In this document: one piece after another, positions 23,443-40,075 of the stretch
Layout of the letters: each line of letters opens with the position of its first letter
How positions within the stretch are numbered: the first letter of the stretch is position 1
Source: Squalus acanthias
Taxonomy: Eukaryota
Direction of reading: 5' to 3'
Assembly (NCBI GenBank): GCA_030390025.1
Contig: CM059432.1
Coordinates: 75,766,001 to 75,830,000 of the forward strand
Length of the DNA stretch: 64,000 nucleotides
Translations under genes and position numbers: made by a program
The notes under the pieces: model-generated
Told to the model about the DNA's origin: nothing
The model's input: the letters and a program-made list of their open reading frames with translations, nothing else
Database searches by the model: none

Positions 23443-25507
23443 TACCCTCCTGTCAATGGACCATTACAGTGCCACCACTGGTGGAAGGATATAATTGGAA
23501 TATGAAAAGTTTATGAGCGAAGACATCTTGTTGGGCTGCCTGCCTCACCAGCAGCAACCCTCAGGTAAGTCCTGGGAGGGGAGATTGGAGTGGGCTGCGG
23601 TGAGGGGAAGTGGGGGACCATGACTCCTGTGGAGCTGGGGGAGCACTCCTGCTCCTCTGGATCTACAGAATAAGTTTTTAAACAAAAAAAACAATTTTTT
23701 TCACCTTTACCACGGATGGCCCTGCTCATATCTAACTAATTTCTCGATGGGATTCTTCAACAGACGTTATGCCCCTCATTTATATATTTAAGGCACTGAC
23801 GCCTGTTTTTGGCGTCCACCCAGGACGCCTAAAAAAAGGCCCTCATGAATTTAGCGGTAAGAACCAATGTTTGCGCAACAATTGGCACAGGCTATCCCAC
23901 TGCTAAATTGATATGATTTGCACCCGTTTTACATCCCAAAAATGGACGTAATGCATACCAATTTTTCCCACGGGTGTTTTAAGGGAAAAATTGAAATTTG
24001 AAGCAGAGGAACATACAGAGTTATGGTGGAAAAACAGGGCAGTAGGATTAGTTTCAGATTGCTCTATCAAAGACTCAGCACAGATATGATGGGCAAAACT
24101 GCCTCCTTCCGTGCAGTAAACGTCTATGGTTCTATGGATTTCTGCTGGAAAGTACATTAGTGTAAAATCTGCGTGAGGGTAGGTTGTGATGCCTCCACAG
24201 TCAAATAATCCACCAAAACTTATTGTCCCGGCCCCCACATAAAGAATGACTACTTGCATGAGGTACTGGAGGACAGCTGCCACTCATGGTAGGAGTCTGC
24301 ACCTTTGGAAGAGGAAGAGAAAAAACTGGAATTGGTGGAAAATAGGTTCTGCTACAGTGACATCATGCAGAGGGATTGTGGGTAAGATTTTCTATTTCTG
24401 CTGTCACTGGATTGGAACCTCATCTAATTGAATTAGATAACTTCAGGGAATCTATTTCCTCTTGGAGGCCTTATAGCGTCCAACACAAACCAGCCAGAAG
24501 TTTTGTGAGCATCAATCAGTTGCCTTTAAACTGAATTATGATGATTCCATTTATTTGTAGGCTCGATTTTGCGACTATAGTGCATCTACTAAATAGTTCA
24601 CAGCCCTAATGGTATTTGGTGATATAGTAATGGTATTTAGCAGTGTGTTAAACTTGAGTTATATTTTATTTCCCTTCCATAGACAGGGAAATATCAGTGT
24701 CCCATAGGAAATGCCACTAACAAAATGCAGTCATTTGGTGGTTCACTGCCACTGATCTCATTATATATTCTTCAAATGGAAAGATACTGGATTTAAGCGC
24801 CCATTCCCCATAATGCAAGGATTCTCGATTTCCTTAGTGGCAATTTTAACATTCTGAAAACATATGGTTCCACAACTGGATGTGAAATTGTGCCTTATAT
24901 ATCCTGCAGTACGTGAGAGACTTCCATGCAGTGCCAGAACAAAGCACCATAGAAAGTCATGTAAACTAGCAGACAGATATTTATTCTGTTGGTCTACCTA
25001 TTACGTTGTACCACTGATTAAAATAAAATAAAGCTGTAAGAATGCTGATGCAAAGCATGAACATGAAACTTGACCTTGCATCTCATGGGGTATTGTGAAA
25101 GAATAGTTTTGCATTTAACTTAATGACATAATCCCACTGGAAATAATTCGAGACAGCGGCACAGTCACCAGCACTGCCATGTAGTGAGATCAGGATCTCT
25201 AAATGAGAGAAAATTCTGCAAGCAGTTAATTTCTGCAAATAATTTCATGGCAGCAAATCACAGAATTTGATACTTTAGCATCTGCTTTCTGTCACTTTGC
25301 TTTGCAGGTAATTATGATAGATTACATTACTGGCCAGAATACATTTTGAAACAAAGTACAAATGAAGACAAAACAGGGTTTCTAAAGAGGTTTTACCCAC
25401 AACAGTATGCATTAGCAGCACTCAGCTAAAATGTTAATAAGCCTTTTGATTAGAACCATGACATGACCTGATACACTTTATTCTCACTATGAAAAAGTGT
25501 TAACATT

Positions 25508-26892
25508 GGGCCAGAATTTGCTGTAGCAGGGCATCTAACATTGTTTGCTGTTAGTTAGACTTGGCCCAGCACTTTTTAACAATGTTCCCTCCAAATTTTC
25601 TTTGTTGTGCACGGTCTGTTTATTTAAATTAGTTCCGCGGCCGCTGCGTGGTATCTTAGAGGGAACGACTTGTGAGCAGCCTGCACAATACCTTATAGAT
25701 TGCTGGGTGGCCGCACACGCGCAGCTGAGCGGGAACATTGCTCTTCAGCTCAAAACATTTTTGCCCACAAAGTTGTTGAAAGTGCAAGCTAATAACTGCG
25801 CAGCAAGGGAAACAGAGCATCTGAGACCCGAGCGAACAGGGCAACCAACAGGGTATCTCCTTAACCAATGAGATTCAAAGATTGGGAAATGAATATGGGA
25901 CGGACTGAGAAGGAGGGGGAATTAAAGGGGGTGAATTCAATAAAAGACAGGTACAGAAAGAGAAATAAAGAGAGGCAAAGAAAGATTGGCACTTCATGCT
26001 TTGGACGCGCAGGTAAGTAGGGAAGATTTTGGAAATGTAAAAAGGAGGAGTAAGACCCGCTTTTAAGAAGGTAAGTAGTGAATTAAGTATTTTTTTGAAT
26101 TTTTTTTTACAGGTATATCTTTTTTATAGACTTTAAAGACAGGTAAGTTTATTTTTATAGCTTTTTAAAAGATTTTAAATTTTTTCAAAAATTTAATTTT
26201 TTATTTAAAATGGTTAATTTAATTAACTATACTTATTTTATTAATGTGATGGTTTTTTTTTTAAATTTAATTGAGGTTTAGCTGTTATTTTGGGGGGGTG
26301 TAAGATTCATAAAGCTGTGAGACTTATGAATGGAAGATGGTGTGCTGCCATTGGCTCTAACTGAGTCACGTGATCCCACAGCTCGCACGAATTAACTACG
26401 CCGCTGGGATACGCAAGCCCAGCACAGCTGATGTCTGGAACATCAATTTCGTGCGAGCTGGATCAGAAAAAGCATAAGCGAGGTGAGATTAAGAGATAGA
26501 GATAAAAGAGGCAGAAAGGAAAAGTAAGAAAAAATAAATTTAATTTAAAATTTGACATTTTTAAAATCTCCCCGAAAATATTTGAAACCTGAAGGAATGA
26601 GAATCCACACTTGTAATAGTTAAATTTTGGTGCCAGACAGGTTGATTGGCAGTCATTAACACTTATAATGTTGTTAAAAGGGTTCTTACGCATATAATGA
26701 AAAGACTTAACTCTCTGTGGCAAGTTTAATGGGCAATTAATGGGCAAATATAGAAGTTCCTAAAAAAAAGGGGAAGCTAAGGGCGAGATGCTATTTTCGT
26801 GAAGCTAATGGCAGAGTGGTGCAACTCAGATAGCAACTTTTGGATATTCACATTTAACCACGCATCTGCTCCTCACCTGAAGTTGCTGTATC
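25508..26892. mobile_element. Decayed non-autonomous DNA element (left end GGGCCAGAATTT) with nested inserts; right end not found
   Basis: Terminus resembles the other Harbinger-type MITE ends; contains a MITE-B internal fragment (about 25990-26461) and a small hAT-like MITE. Confidence 0.45.
25580..25740. mobile_element. Small hAT-like MITE
   Basis: TIR CAATGTTCCC / GGGAACATTG; 8-bp flanks match only partly (CTTTTTAA / CTCTTCAG). Confidence 0.5.
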
Positions 26893-27294
26893 ATGGGATG
26901 TTTTATTACGTTAAAGGTGCTATATAAATGCAAGTTGTTGTTGTTGATGACATGATATTTAATAATTTGATATTCTGACCAGCCGTACTGCCTTTTTATT
27001 TATTCTCTGCTCTTTTTATATTTATAGCTATTTTTGTCTTCGACCTGTCCCTCTTGAGGTCCACCTCCATTATTTACCAGTAGGGGGCAAAAGCCAACAG
27101 TAAAGGATGAGATGAGAAAGGGAAGCAAATTTGAGGGTGAGGAAGAAATGCTAAATGGAAGGGAAACAAATGATGAACCTAGTGAATGGGGCTGAAGAGT
27201 GGGGTGCACACCAATGGTGCATAGTGGCAGGAAAGTGCGATAATGATGGACTAACAACAGATAATAGACAATGTTGAGGTAAAAAGATCACGGA

Positions 27295-27480
27295 TTCCAG
27301 AAATCTGAAATAAAACAGGAGCTGCTGGAAATGTACATAAAGCTAATCAGCATCTGAAAAAGAAATAGGTTGATTAGAAATCGCTGTTCTGATGAAGAGT
27401 CTCACCTGAAACATTAACCTAACTTTCTTTTTCAGTTGCCTGATCTGCTGCTTATTTCCAGCATTTTCTGTTTTTTATGG
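27295..27480. repeat. Inverted pair of Penelope-type terminal-repeat remnants with a hammerhead-like core
   Basis: Arms GCTGGAAAT..CAGCATCTG and CTGCTG..ATTTCCAGC; CTGATGA (27389-27395) followed by GAAAC (27408-27412). Confidence 0.55.
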
Positions 27481-28701
27481 TACTTGTTGGTCAGATTCAA
27501 TAATATGGACTAGAGTATAAATTACCAAAGCAAGTTTACCGATCAGATACAATGAGGACACAGGGACGAAAAAAAATGCCAGTTCTTGCTCTATGGCCAT
27601 AACTTTCAGCATTTTATTTTTTGTATACAAAGAAATAGAGGTCCACAAAATATGAGCTTTCTTAAATCCATGAACATTGCATAAAATAATTCAACAGCAT
27701 AAAACCCAAGCATTTCAGAGAGGATTATTAATGAAATGTTATCAGGTGCATTTTTGGACAGTAAGATCAAAGCAGGAGACAGCCAAAATGTATTTTTTTT
27801 GCTGTTACAAGTAGCTTAACTACCCTGCTGGGAAGATGTATGATCGGGACATGAATGACTTTTGCCGTGATTACTCTTCTCTCCCCTATCCACTGTTGAA
27901 TAGTCTGCCAACATTCACTATCTAGACTCACAGATGAAGAATGACCACTTCAACAAGCTATCTGAAGAGTACTGTTGCCATAGAAAAAATCTTGACAGGA
28001 GAAAAATGGGCTAACTACAAAATGGTAGTGAAATGAGCACTTTTTCTCACTGAGAATTTGTAACAGGCAGCCTTAATGCACAGCACTGTTTCAAAAGGAG
28101 CAATTGTGGTTCACCCTCACTGGCCTAGAAATTGGATTGAGCTGTTCCCATTTTACAGGCATAAACCAGGTGCCTAAGGGTCCAATATGGTGGGGACCAT
28201 GCGCGCAGCTCACTCTGTGCCAGAAGTGTGCCGCCCACCATATTGGGTAGGACTCCTCCGTAGGAGTCCAGGATAAATGCTGGAAACATGCATTAGGCCC
28301 TTTGAATATGCAAAAAGGGAGTCTAATGCTTGTTTCAGGCCCCTTTGCGAAATTGGATTGCAAATGAGCGCAGCGTGTGTGGTGCATGCTGTGGCCTGCC
28401 TGGGAGAGGTCATCTATTTTCCCTGTCTACTGGTAAATAATTTTAGAGCAGAAGGACAGGCTAGGGTGTGTGGCCCAAAAAAGTGTTCTTTATACAAATG
28501 CACGGAGTATAAGGAATAACTTGAATGAACTGCAGGTGCAAATTCAAATTGGAGGGTATGACATGGTAGCCATTACTGAGACATAGCTGCAAGACGGTCA
28601 GGGCTGGGAACTAAATATACCAGGTTACAAGGTCTACAGGAAAGATAGGGAAAATGGCAGCTAGTGATTAAGGATGAAATCACTTCAATGATAAGAGAGG
28701 A

Positions 28702-28963
28702 TTTTTTTTTATTCATTGGATGTGGGCATCGCTGGCAAGGCCAGCATTTATTGCCCATCCCTAATTGCCCTTGAGAAGGTGGTGGCTGAGCCGCCTTGAA
28801 TACAACTGAGTGGCTTGCTGGTCCATTTCAGAGGGCAGTTAAGAGTCAACCACATTGCTGTGAGTCTGGAGTCACATATAGGCCAGACCGGGTAAGGACG
28901 GCAGATTTCCTTCCCTAAAGGGCATTAGTGAATCAGATGGGTTTTTACGACAATCTGGTAGTT
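28702..28963 (-). mobile_element. SINE sharing its body with the 5' UTR of the LINE at 55061-56905; poly(A)-tailed, head lost
   Basis: 28801-28963 closely matches 56647-56775; AATAAA and A-tail on the minus strand. Confidence 0.75.
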
Positions 28964-28964
28964 T

Positions 28965-30715
28965 CTACTAAGGCTGCAACTTCGCCAACCGAGGTGGGTC
29001 CGGGGCGGCCGGGGTCAGTAGCGTGGTCCCAGCCCGCTGCCTGCTCCAGCCCGCTCTCTCCAAGTGATTTTCCTTTGATTGGGCTTGTTAAGCTCACCCA
29101 GCGAGGTTCCCGGCCAATTAAAAGGAAGCGGGTCTGATGACGTCATGTGATTTCCTGGTTTCCTTAAAGGGGCCATGTCCAAATTGATTTTGACAGTTGT
29201 GCTGTCAGTGTCTACAGCATTGAGGTGCTGCAAACACTGACAAGCACTGCACAAAGGTGCAGGGCTGCACCTAGGCTCTCCCATGATTCCCTCCATATGC
29301 TTATGGAGGGAGTCACAGCACGCTGGGAGGTTCTCTTCCCTTCAAATGGGCGGAAGAGACCTCTCCAGGAGACCAACGCAGCCTGGTTGCACATTGCACA
29401 GGAGGGCACAAGCAGGGATGTCGTCAGGAGGACCAGGCTGCAGTGGCGCAAACCTTTCAATGATCTCAGTAGATCACGAAACGTTATTCCAAGCTACACT
29501 CAACCTCATCCTGCTGTGCCACACATCACATCCCCATCACTCTGCCTTCCCTACCCTACTCCTGCATATCTTTACTCACACCAACTTACCTTGCACCTCC
29601 ACCCATCCCTCTCTATCTACATTATCACTTCTCCATCTCACTAGCCACCCCTCACATTCACCCTCATCCTACTGCAAGCATATCAACTAACAACACACAA
29701 GGGTAGGCACTTGGGTGATTTAGCCAATGTTCATGTGAAGATTCTGGTAATGTGCTGTCAAACATTGAAGTCTTTATGTTCAACATTTTGCCTTCTTGGA
29801 CAGATTTGTGTACACCTTTGGAAGTTGCAGTAAATGGTGAGACATAAGGGTACCGCCCCCCCCCCCACAATGGTGATGAGTGTGAAAGGAATGGCTTGGA
29901 CATTGTAGGGATGCTTTATGGTGCTGGTGTGGGGTGGTACCAACCTGGCATATCATGTGGTAGCCAGGGTGTACAGCGTCAAATGAAGTAAATCTGGCCA
30001 TGGTGAGGCCATCACTGGCATCCTGGGCAGCAATGTGGTCGGGTGCTGATGACTTGTGCCCTGTGCAGCATCAGATGATGGTGTTGAAGTTTGGTGCTGT
30101 TGTTGGTGATGTTGGTGTTGGGGCTGATCGTGGAGGGATTCTGAGGACCAAGGTGAGATTTTTTGAAGGGCACCGATGTTGCTGGAATAGATGGTAGCTG
30201 AAGTTGAGATGACAGAAGCGATCTGTCAGTGGTGAGAGAGGTTGCTCCAACGAGGTGACAGTGGATAGAGAGTTTACTCCAAACACTTCCAAACTGCATA
30301 CAGCTCAAAAGTGTCTTCCAAATCCTGAAGGCTCAAGCTTCTGACATTGGAAATTGAACAGCTGCGAAATGGGAGCTTTTATACCACTTTTGCAGCTGTC
30401 ACCTATTCACAGCAATGGAGAGTCATCGAGAACCCGACACACTTACCTGACGTGATCCCCGAGCGACAGGAACCTTGTGGAAAAGTTGGAAAAATGCCTA
30501 GAAGGGGTAAAATGCTGTTTGACTACATTTAAAGACCCTCTTAACTATCTCAATTGGCTGAGTGCTGAGTCTGCAAAGCACAGGCAGACCCCACACTTGG
30601 GAAACTGACACAGAGGCAGGTCAGAGCGGGATCCCGACCCGCTGTCAATCTTTTAGATTTTGACAGCGGACCCACCTCCGAACCCGCCCTCTGAGCGGCG
30701 GCAAAATTCCGGCCT
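28965..30715. mobile_element. Decayed Harbinger remnant (H4) in reverse orientation, H2-like
   Basis: Myb/SANT exon 1 on + (RAAPRLSHDSL...WLHIAQE...WRKPFNDLSRS, about 29255-29480); transposase C-tail on - (IAAQDASDGLTMARFT, about 29990-30040); terminus AAAATTCCGGCC. Confidence 0.7.
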
Positions 30716-32246
30716 AAGATTCTTGATTTGGGTAAGGCCAACTTCAAAGGGATGAGACAGAGACTGTCACAGTAAACTGGGCAAATCTGTTCAATGGGTA
30801 AAACGACAGAAGATCAGTGGGAGATGTTCAAAAAAGAATTTAAGGTGATACAGAACCAGTTTATACCCCTGAGGGGCAAGAGCTCTACTTGATGAACGAA
30901 ACAGCCATGGGCAACTAAAGAGGCAAGGGACAGCATAAAACTAAAAGAAAAAGCATAACAAAATGCAAAAATTAGCACAGATCCTGGCGAATGGGAAAGA
31001 TACAAAGAATAGCAAAGGGTCACAAAACAGATCTGTAAGAGCTACAAAAAGGGAATATGAAAAGAAACTTGCAAGGGATATTAAAATCAACACAAATTTT
31101 TTTTACAATTCTATTAGGAAAAAGAGGGTGTCAGAGCAATGTTGGCCCCTTAAAAACTGAAAGCGGTGATATTGTCAATGACAATAAGGAAATGGTGGAC
31201 ATGTTGAATAATTTCTTTGTGTCAGTATTTACAGTAGACGAAGAGGATAGCATACCAGAAATCCCAAGGAAAATAATATTGAATCAGGGACAGGGACTCA
31301 ATAAAATTAATGTAAGTAAAATAACAATAATGAAGAAAATAATGGCACTAAAGAGTAACAAATCCCCAGGACCAGATGGTTTCCATCCCATGGTTTTAAA
31401 GGATGTAGGCGAGCACAGTGCAGATGCCCTAACTATAATCTTCCAAAGTTCTCTCGATTCAGCAACCATTCATTTAGATTGGAAAATTGCACATGTCACT
31501 CTGCTATTTAAAAATGGTGAGAGAGGGAAACCAGGGAATTATAGGCCAGTTAGCCTAACATCTGTTGTCGGGAAATTGCTAGAGTCTATAATTAAAGGTA
31601 GGGTGACTGAACATCTCGAAAATTTTCAGTTGATCAGAGAGAAGCCAGCATGGATTTGTGAAAGGTAGGTCATGCCTGACAAACCTGATTGAATTTTTTG
31701 AGGAGGTGACTAAAGTAGTGGACAGGGGAATATCTATGGATGTTATTTATATGGACTTCCAGAAGGCATTTGATAAAGTCCCACACAAGAGACTGTTAAC
31801 TAGGGTAGAAGCCCACGGAATTGAGGGCAAATTATTGACCTGTTTAGGAAATTGGCTGAGCGGCAGAAGACAGGCAGCAGGGATAATGGGCAGGTACTCA
31901 AATTGGCAGGATGTGACTAGTGGTGTCCCACAGGGATCTGTGTTGGGGCCTCAACTATTCATAGTATTTATTAACAACTTAGATGATGGCATAGAAAGTC
32001 ATATATCAAAATTTGCCGATGACACAAAGATAGGTGGCATTGTAGGCAGTGTAGATGGAAGCAAAAAATTACAAAGGGATATTGATAGATTAAGTGAATG
32101 GGCAAAACTGTGGCAAATGGATTTCAATGTAAGCAAATGTGAGGTCATCCACTTTGGACCTTAAAAGGATAGAACAGGGTACTTTCTAAATGGTGAAAGG
32201 TTAAAAACAGTGGAGGTCCAAAGAGACTTGGGGGTCCAGGTACATA

Positions 32247-32997
32247 GGGGGAAAAATTTGGTTGCTTTGTGCCTCCCGATAGCGCCCTAAGAGGGTGCTA
32301 ATGGGGCACAAAGCAACTAGCACCCAGGCGCGGCGCCGCCAACCCCTCCCGCGAAATTCAGCGGGAGGTTAGCAGCGGCGGTAACCGTTAGCGCCCTGTG
32401 GCGCTGGCGATGACATCATCGCCGTGCGCAGCGCCCCGCTCGCGATCTTCGGTAATGCCCCCTGACTTACCGCCGGATGCTATGTCTGACGGGGTCTGGG
32501 GGGCCTACCTGTGGCCGGGGCGGCGCTAATTAAAGGCAAGGTGCCGGGCGGCCATTTTTGTTGCTGGCCACCTGCCAGCACCTGCCCCCGTTACCGTCCC
32601 CGGCCTCCTCTTCAGCCCCCCCGCGGAGTGCCGGCTGCGCTCTGTGAGCCCGGCACTTCTCTTGAGTGCCGGGCCCTTTTGCCAGTACTCTGAGCCCTGG
32701 TGGCCCAGCTGGGCCCCGGGTCGCGCTGCGCAAGGCCCCTCCCCTTTAAGAAGGGGAGGAAGGCCTGCAGTACCGCGGCGCTATGTGCCGCAGCTCATGG
32801 CGCTGCGGCACATAGCGCCGTGATATTCCCTCGCAGTGCCCCAAGAGGGAGGCGAGGCGCTTCCAGTAGAGCCCCGCTTCCCTCTTGGGGCGCTACCGAT
32901 GAATTTCAGCCGCGGGGGCGCTAATTTTTTTGGGGCACTAAAAGTAGCGCCCCTGCGAAGTTAGCGCCCCAAAGGGGGCGCGACTCAATTTTCCCCC
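32247..32997. mobile_element. Harbinger MITE family C inserted in CR1 ORF2
   Basis: TIRs GGGGGAAAAATT / AATTTTCCCCC, ATA TSD; CR1 sequence resumes afterwards. Confidence 0.9.
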
Positions 32998-33809
32998 ATA
33001 GATCATTAAAATGTCATGAACAGGTACAGAAAATAAACAAAAAGGCTAATGGGATGCTGGCCTTTATATATAGAGGACTAGAATACAAGGGGGTAGAAGT
33101 TATGCTACAGCTATATAAAACCTGGTTAGACCACACCTGGAGTACTGTGAGCAGTTCAGGGCACCACACCTTAGAAAGGATATATTGGCCTTGGAGGGAG
33201 TGCAGTGTAGGTTTACCAGAATGATACCCGGACTTCAAGGGTTAGGTTACGAGGAGAGATTACACAAATTAGAGTTGTATTCCCTGGAATTTAGAAGGTT
33301 AAGGGGTGATCTGATCAAAATTTTCAAAATATTAAGGGGAACAGATACGGTAGATAGAGAGAAACTATTTCCACTGGTTGGGGAGTCTAGGACTAGGGGC
33401 CATAGTCTAAAAGTTAGAGCCAAACCTTTCAGGAGTGAAATTAGGAATCACTTCTACACACAAAGGGTGGTAGAAGTTTGGAACTCTCTTCTGCAAACGG
33501 CAATTGATGCTAGATCAATTGTTAATTTTAAATCGGAGTTTGATAGCTTTCTGTTAACCAAAGGTATTAAGGGATATGGGCCAAAGGCGGGTATGTGGAG
33601 TTAGGTCACAGATCAGCAATGATCTCATTGAATGGTGGAGCAGGCTCGAGGGGCTGAATGGCCTACTCCTGGTCCTATGTTCCTATAATGGGGTGGACCT
33701 AAAGAGGGACAGGTCAAAGACAAAAATAGCTATAAATATAAAAAGAGTGGAGAATAAATGAAAAGGCAGTAAGGCTGGCCAGAATATTCAGTTATTAAAT
33801 ATCATGTCA

Positions 33810-34015
33810 TCAACAACAACAACTTGTATTTATATAGCACCTTTAAGGTAGTAAAACATCCCAAGGCACTGCACAGGAGCCGAATCAAACAAAATTTGTC
33901 ACCGAGCCACATAAGGAGATATTAGGACAGAATTACCAAAAGCTTGGTGAAAGAGGTAGGTTTCAAGAAGCACATTAAAGGAGGAGAGCGAGGTAGAGAG
34001 GTGCAGAGGTTTACG
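33810..34015 (-). mobile_element. L2 LINE 3' end
   Basis: Reverse complement of the L2 3' UTR seen at 61370-61566, with a (GTT)n tail. Confidence 0.75.
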
Positions 34016-35386
34016 GAAATGTCTGGCAATTTATAGAGTGTGCCATTATTTCTCCATCTTGGGGTGCACTGTAATGATAATTAGAAATTCCAGTTTATGG
34101 AAGGCGTATTAAGAATACAATTGAGAAGTGCATTGAAAAGTACTCTTAAAAAGTAGAATTTATTTTAAAGTAATTCCTGTTCACATAAGCACTGAGCAGT
34201 TTGTTTTTATGTGGGATCCATAGTAAAACATTGTACATATACCATTACAATATTTAGTATTATGGTATTTAATTTACATTACTGTGCTCTGCAAGGTGTT
34301 CAAATGTTTACCAGAAAGATTCATTCTACATCTATTTACATTTATATTTTCATCTCAGAATTTGTTAAGATGAAAACTATATTTGCATAATGATCTGCAT
34401 TCTGAAAATAGTCAAATTCTCTCCTAACTGCATCACAAATTGGTGTCACATTTAGATTTGACAATTACCTTGGTAGAAATTGGGGCATCTTAGAAAAGGA
34501 TGTATATTATCATCCAATTCAAATATTTTAGACAGTCCAGCTAAAATGGGAGCATCTGTTCTTAAGGGATGGAGCAGTTCTCTTGGAAACACCACTATTG
34601 TGGACATTGGATATATACTTGAAAAGGAAAAAATTGCAGGGCTATGGGGAAAGAGCGGTGGAGTGGGACTTATTGGATAGCTCTTTCAAAAAGCTAGCAC
34701 AGGCAAAATGGGCCGAATGGCCTCCTTCTGTGCTGTATGATCCTATGATTTTATTCTATGATTTGCTTAATAAATGTAGGGATGTGTGTTTCCCTTTTGG
34801 AGGCAGTGTAAGTTTGTGCTAGATAATATGCTTGGTACAAAATTCTTTCTGTTTTCAACAAAAGACTGCCCCTCCCTACGACCTCCAACTGCTCACCCCT
34901 CCGCGATCTCTGAGTGCTCACCCCGCTACGATCTCTGACTGCCCCTCCCTACGACCTCCGATTGCTCACCTCCCCCCCCACCGCGATCTCCAACTACTCA
35001 CCCCCACAATCTCCGAGTGCTCACCCCGATCTCCAACTCCCCCCACCGCCCAGTGATCTCCAACAGGCGGTCAGCCTGTCAATCTGGCTGGCTGTCGGGC
35101 AGGAAAGCTGTTCAGAAACTTTAAAAGACATCCTGTGCTTATTTTCAGCAGGACAGCCAGGAAACCCATAGTACCGGGTTTCCCATTTGGAAATCCAACT
35201 CCAGCCCTTCACGGTCCCAAATAAATATCAGAGCCACTGACTCTCCTCATAGTCAACCTACTCTGCAAGGCTGACTCATGGCTCCTCTCCCACATGTCCT
35301 AATGCAGACAATTCATCTAGTTTCTCCTCCCATGCCCACAAGATCACTTCTGGCTTCCCTCAGATGGTCTCCTCCAATTCATACTA

Positions 35387-36109
35387 GGGCTAGAAATTGG
35401 GTTGCTTTGCACCTCTCGTTAGCACTAACTGGGCGCAAATGCCCTAGCGCCCGGGCATGGCGCCACTAATGCCTCTAGTGAAATTCTGCAGGAGGTTAGC
35501 GGTGGCGGTAGCCGGTAGCGCCCCACTCCGCTGCACCAGCAATGATGACGTCATCGCCGTACACAGCGCCCCGTTTGCGCTCTGGCAGCAAATGTCCCTT
35601 GCGCCCCCTGATCTATCGCCGGATGATATGTGTGACAGGATCAGGGGGCGGTTTTGCAGTGTCGGTAGCGGGCGGCGGCGCAATTTAAAGGGCAGGTGTC
35701 GGGCGGCCATTTTTATTTTGGCCGACTGCCAGCAGCTGCCCTCTTTCACATTTGTATGCGATGTGCCGGCTGCGATCGCTCAGCCCGGCACTCCTCTTGA
35801 GTGCCAGGCTGTTTCCATGGCACCCCACTCCCTGGTTGTCTGGCAGGGCCCCCGTGCGCACAGCACTAGGCCCCTCCCCTTTAATCAGGAGAGGAGGCCT
35901 GCAATGACGCGGCGCTGCTGCACTTAGCGCCGCGACATTGAGTAGTAGCACCCCAAGAGGTGGTGAAGCACTTCCAGCAGCGCTCCACCCCCTGTTTGGG
36001 GCACTACTACTGAATTTACGGGGTAGGGCCGCTAACTTTTTCAGGGCGCTAAAATTAGCGCCCCGGCGAGGTTAGGGCCCCAAAATGGGTTATACCCAAT
36101 TTTCCCCCC
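35387..36109. mobile_element. Older relative of MITE family C
   Basis: GGGCTAGAAATTGGG / CCCAATTTTCCCCCC ends, TAGCGCC subterminal motifs, colinear with 32247-32997. Confidence 0.75.
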
Positions 36110-37124
36110 GTATATGCTATCTCTTGGTAATACAATCTGCAAGTATGGGATAGCGCCTCTAAATACATACTTCGGTCTCCTTCCTAAATTCCTTTACTTC
36201 CTGCTCAGTGTCTACCTCTGTCCACTGTAAATCACTCTAAAATGTTCTTTCAAATAAATATATAAATGGAAGTTCTTGCAGCTAGAAATCTATATTCACA
36301 GAAGCAGGAGGCCCCTGGATATTCTGTGTTTCTGTGACTTTAATATCAGTGCTTGGTCAGAGCCCATAGGCTAGGTATAAATTAGGAGAATAAGTTACAC
36401 TTGTGAGGGTCCTCTGTTATAAAATTTTGTTTACAATGGAAGGTAGTATGAGTGAGTGAGAAAGTATAACAAAGCAGACAAGTGTAATGCTGTTTATATG
36501 GCGCCTTTCAGGAACTGTTTGGTTCAAGTTGGCTGTCGTTAAAGGGGAAGGAAAGTCTAATGGAGTTTACTTTTCATTCAAAGTACTTTCCCATTTTCTA
36601 TGTTAACTAAAATTTATATTTGTAAACATCTTTTGTAATGTCTCAAATATTTGTTTTCTGAAAGTGACATGATTTTAATGTATACTGAAGGTGATCAAAA
36701 ATGAACATTTATATCATTATTATTTTTGGCCCATTTTCCCCCTCCTACTGCCCTAATAGTGTTGCCTCTTTGCTGGGAAAACATCCTCAAGTATCTCACT
36801 CAACTGACCATTCTTCATTCGCCAGTCTAAGCAGTGACTTTTGACAGGCTAATCACCATGGAGAACACTGCAGCAAAGCCTGGTCCTGTCCTCCTCTTAT
36901 ATTCCTGCACAATTCCAGCACGGGTTTCCAGATAGTAATTGGAAACAGGAACCCGAGCAGATTTTCCCTCTCCTAGCTCAGAGGTGCTGAAGAAAATTGT
37001 AGTATCTTTACCGCCACTCTGGTTACCTCAGCACAGAGTGGGAAACAAACCTGAAGCTTTCTGCTCTTTTAGTTGACTGGATTATAATAAACCACATGGT
37101 TATGTGTAATAAAATAGCAAATAG

Positions 37125-40075
<2,951 letters not shown>

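Larger units (their letters stand above)
28442..33686 (+). mobile_element. CR1 LINE (ORF2 from endonuclease start to 3' tail), partly deleted and carrying three inserts
   Basis: EN start (LNELQVQIQIGGYDMVAITET) near 28520; RT ORFs 31057-32164 and 33185-33604; tail at about 33680; ATAAT duplicated at both ends. Confidence 0.88.
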
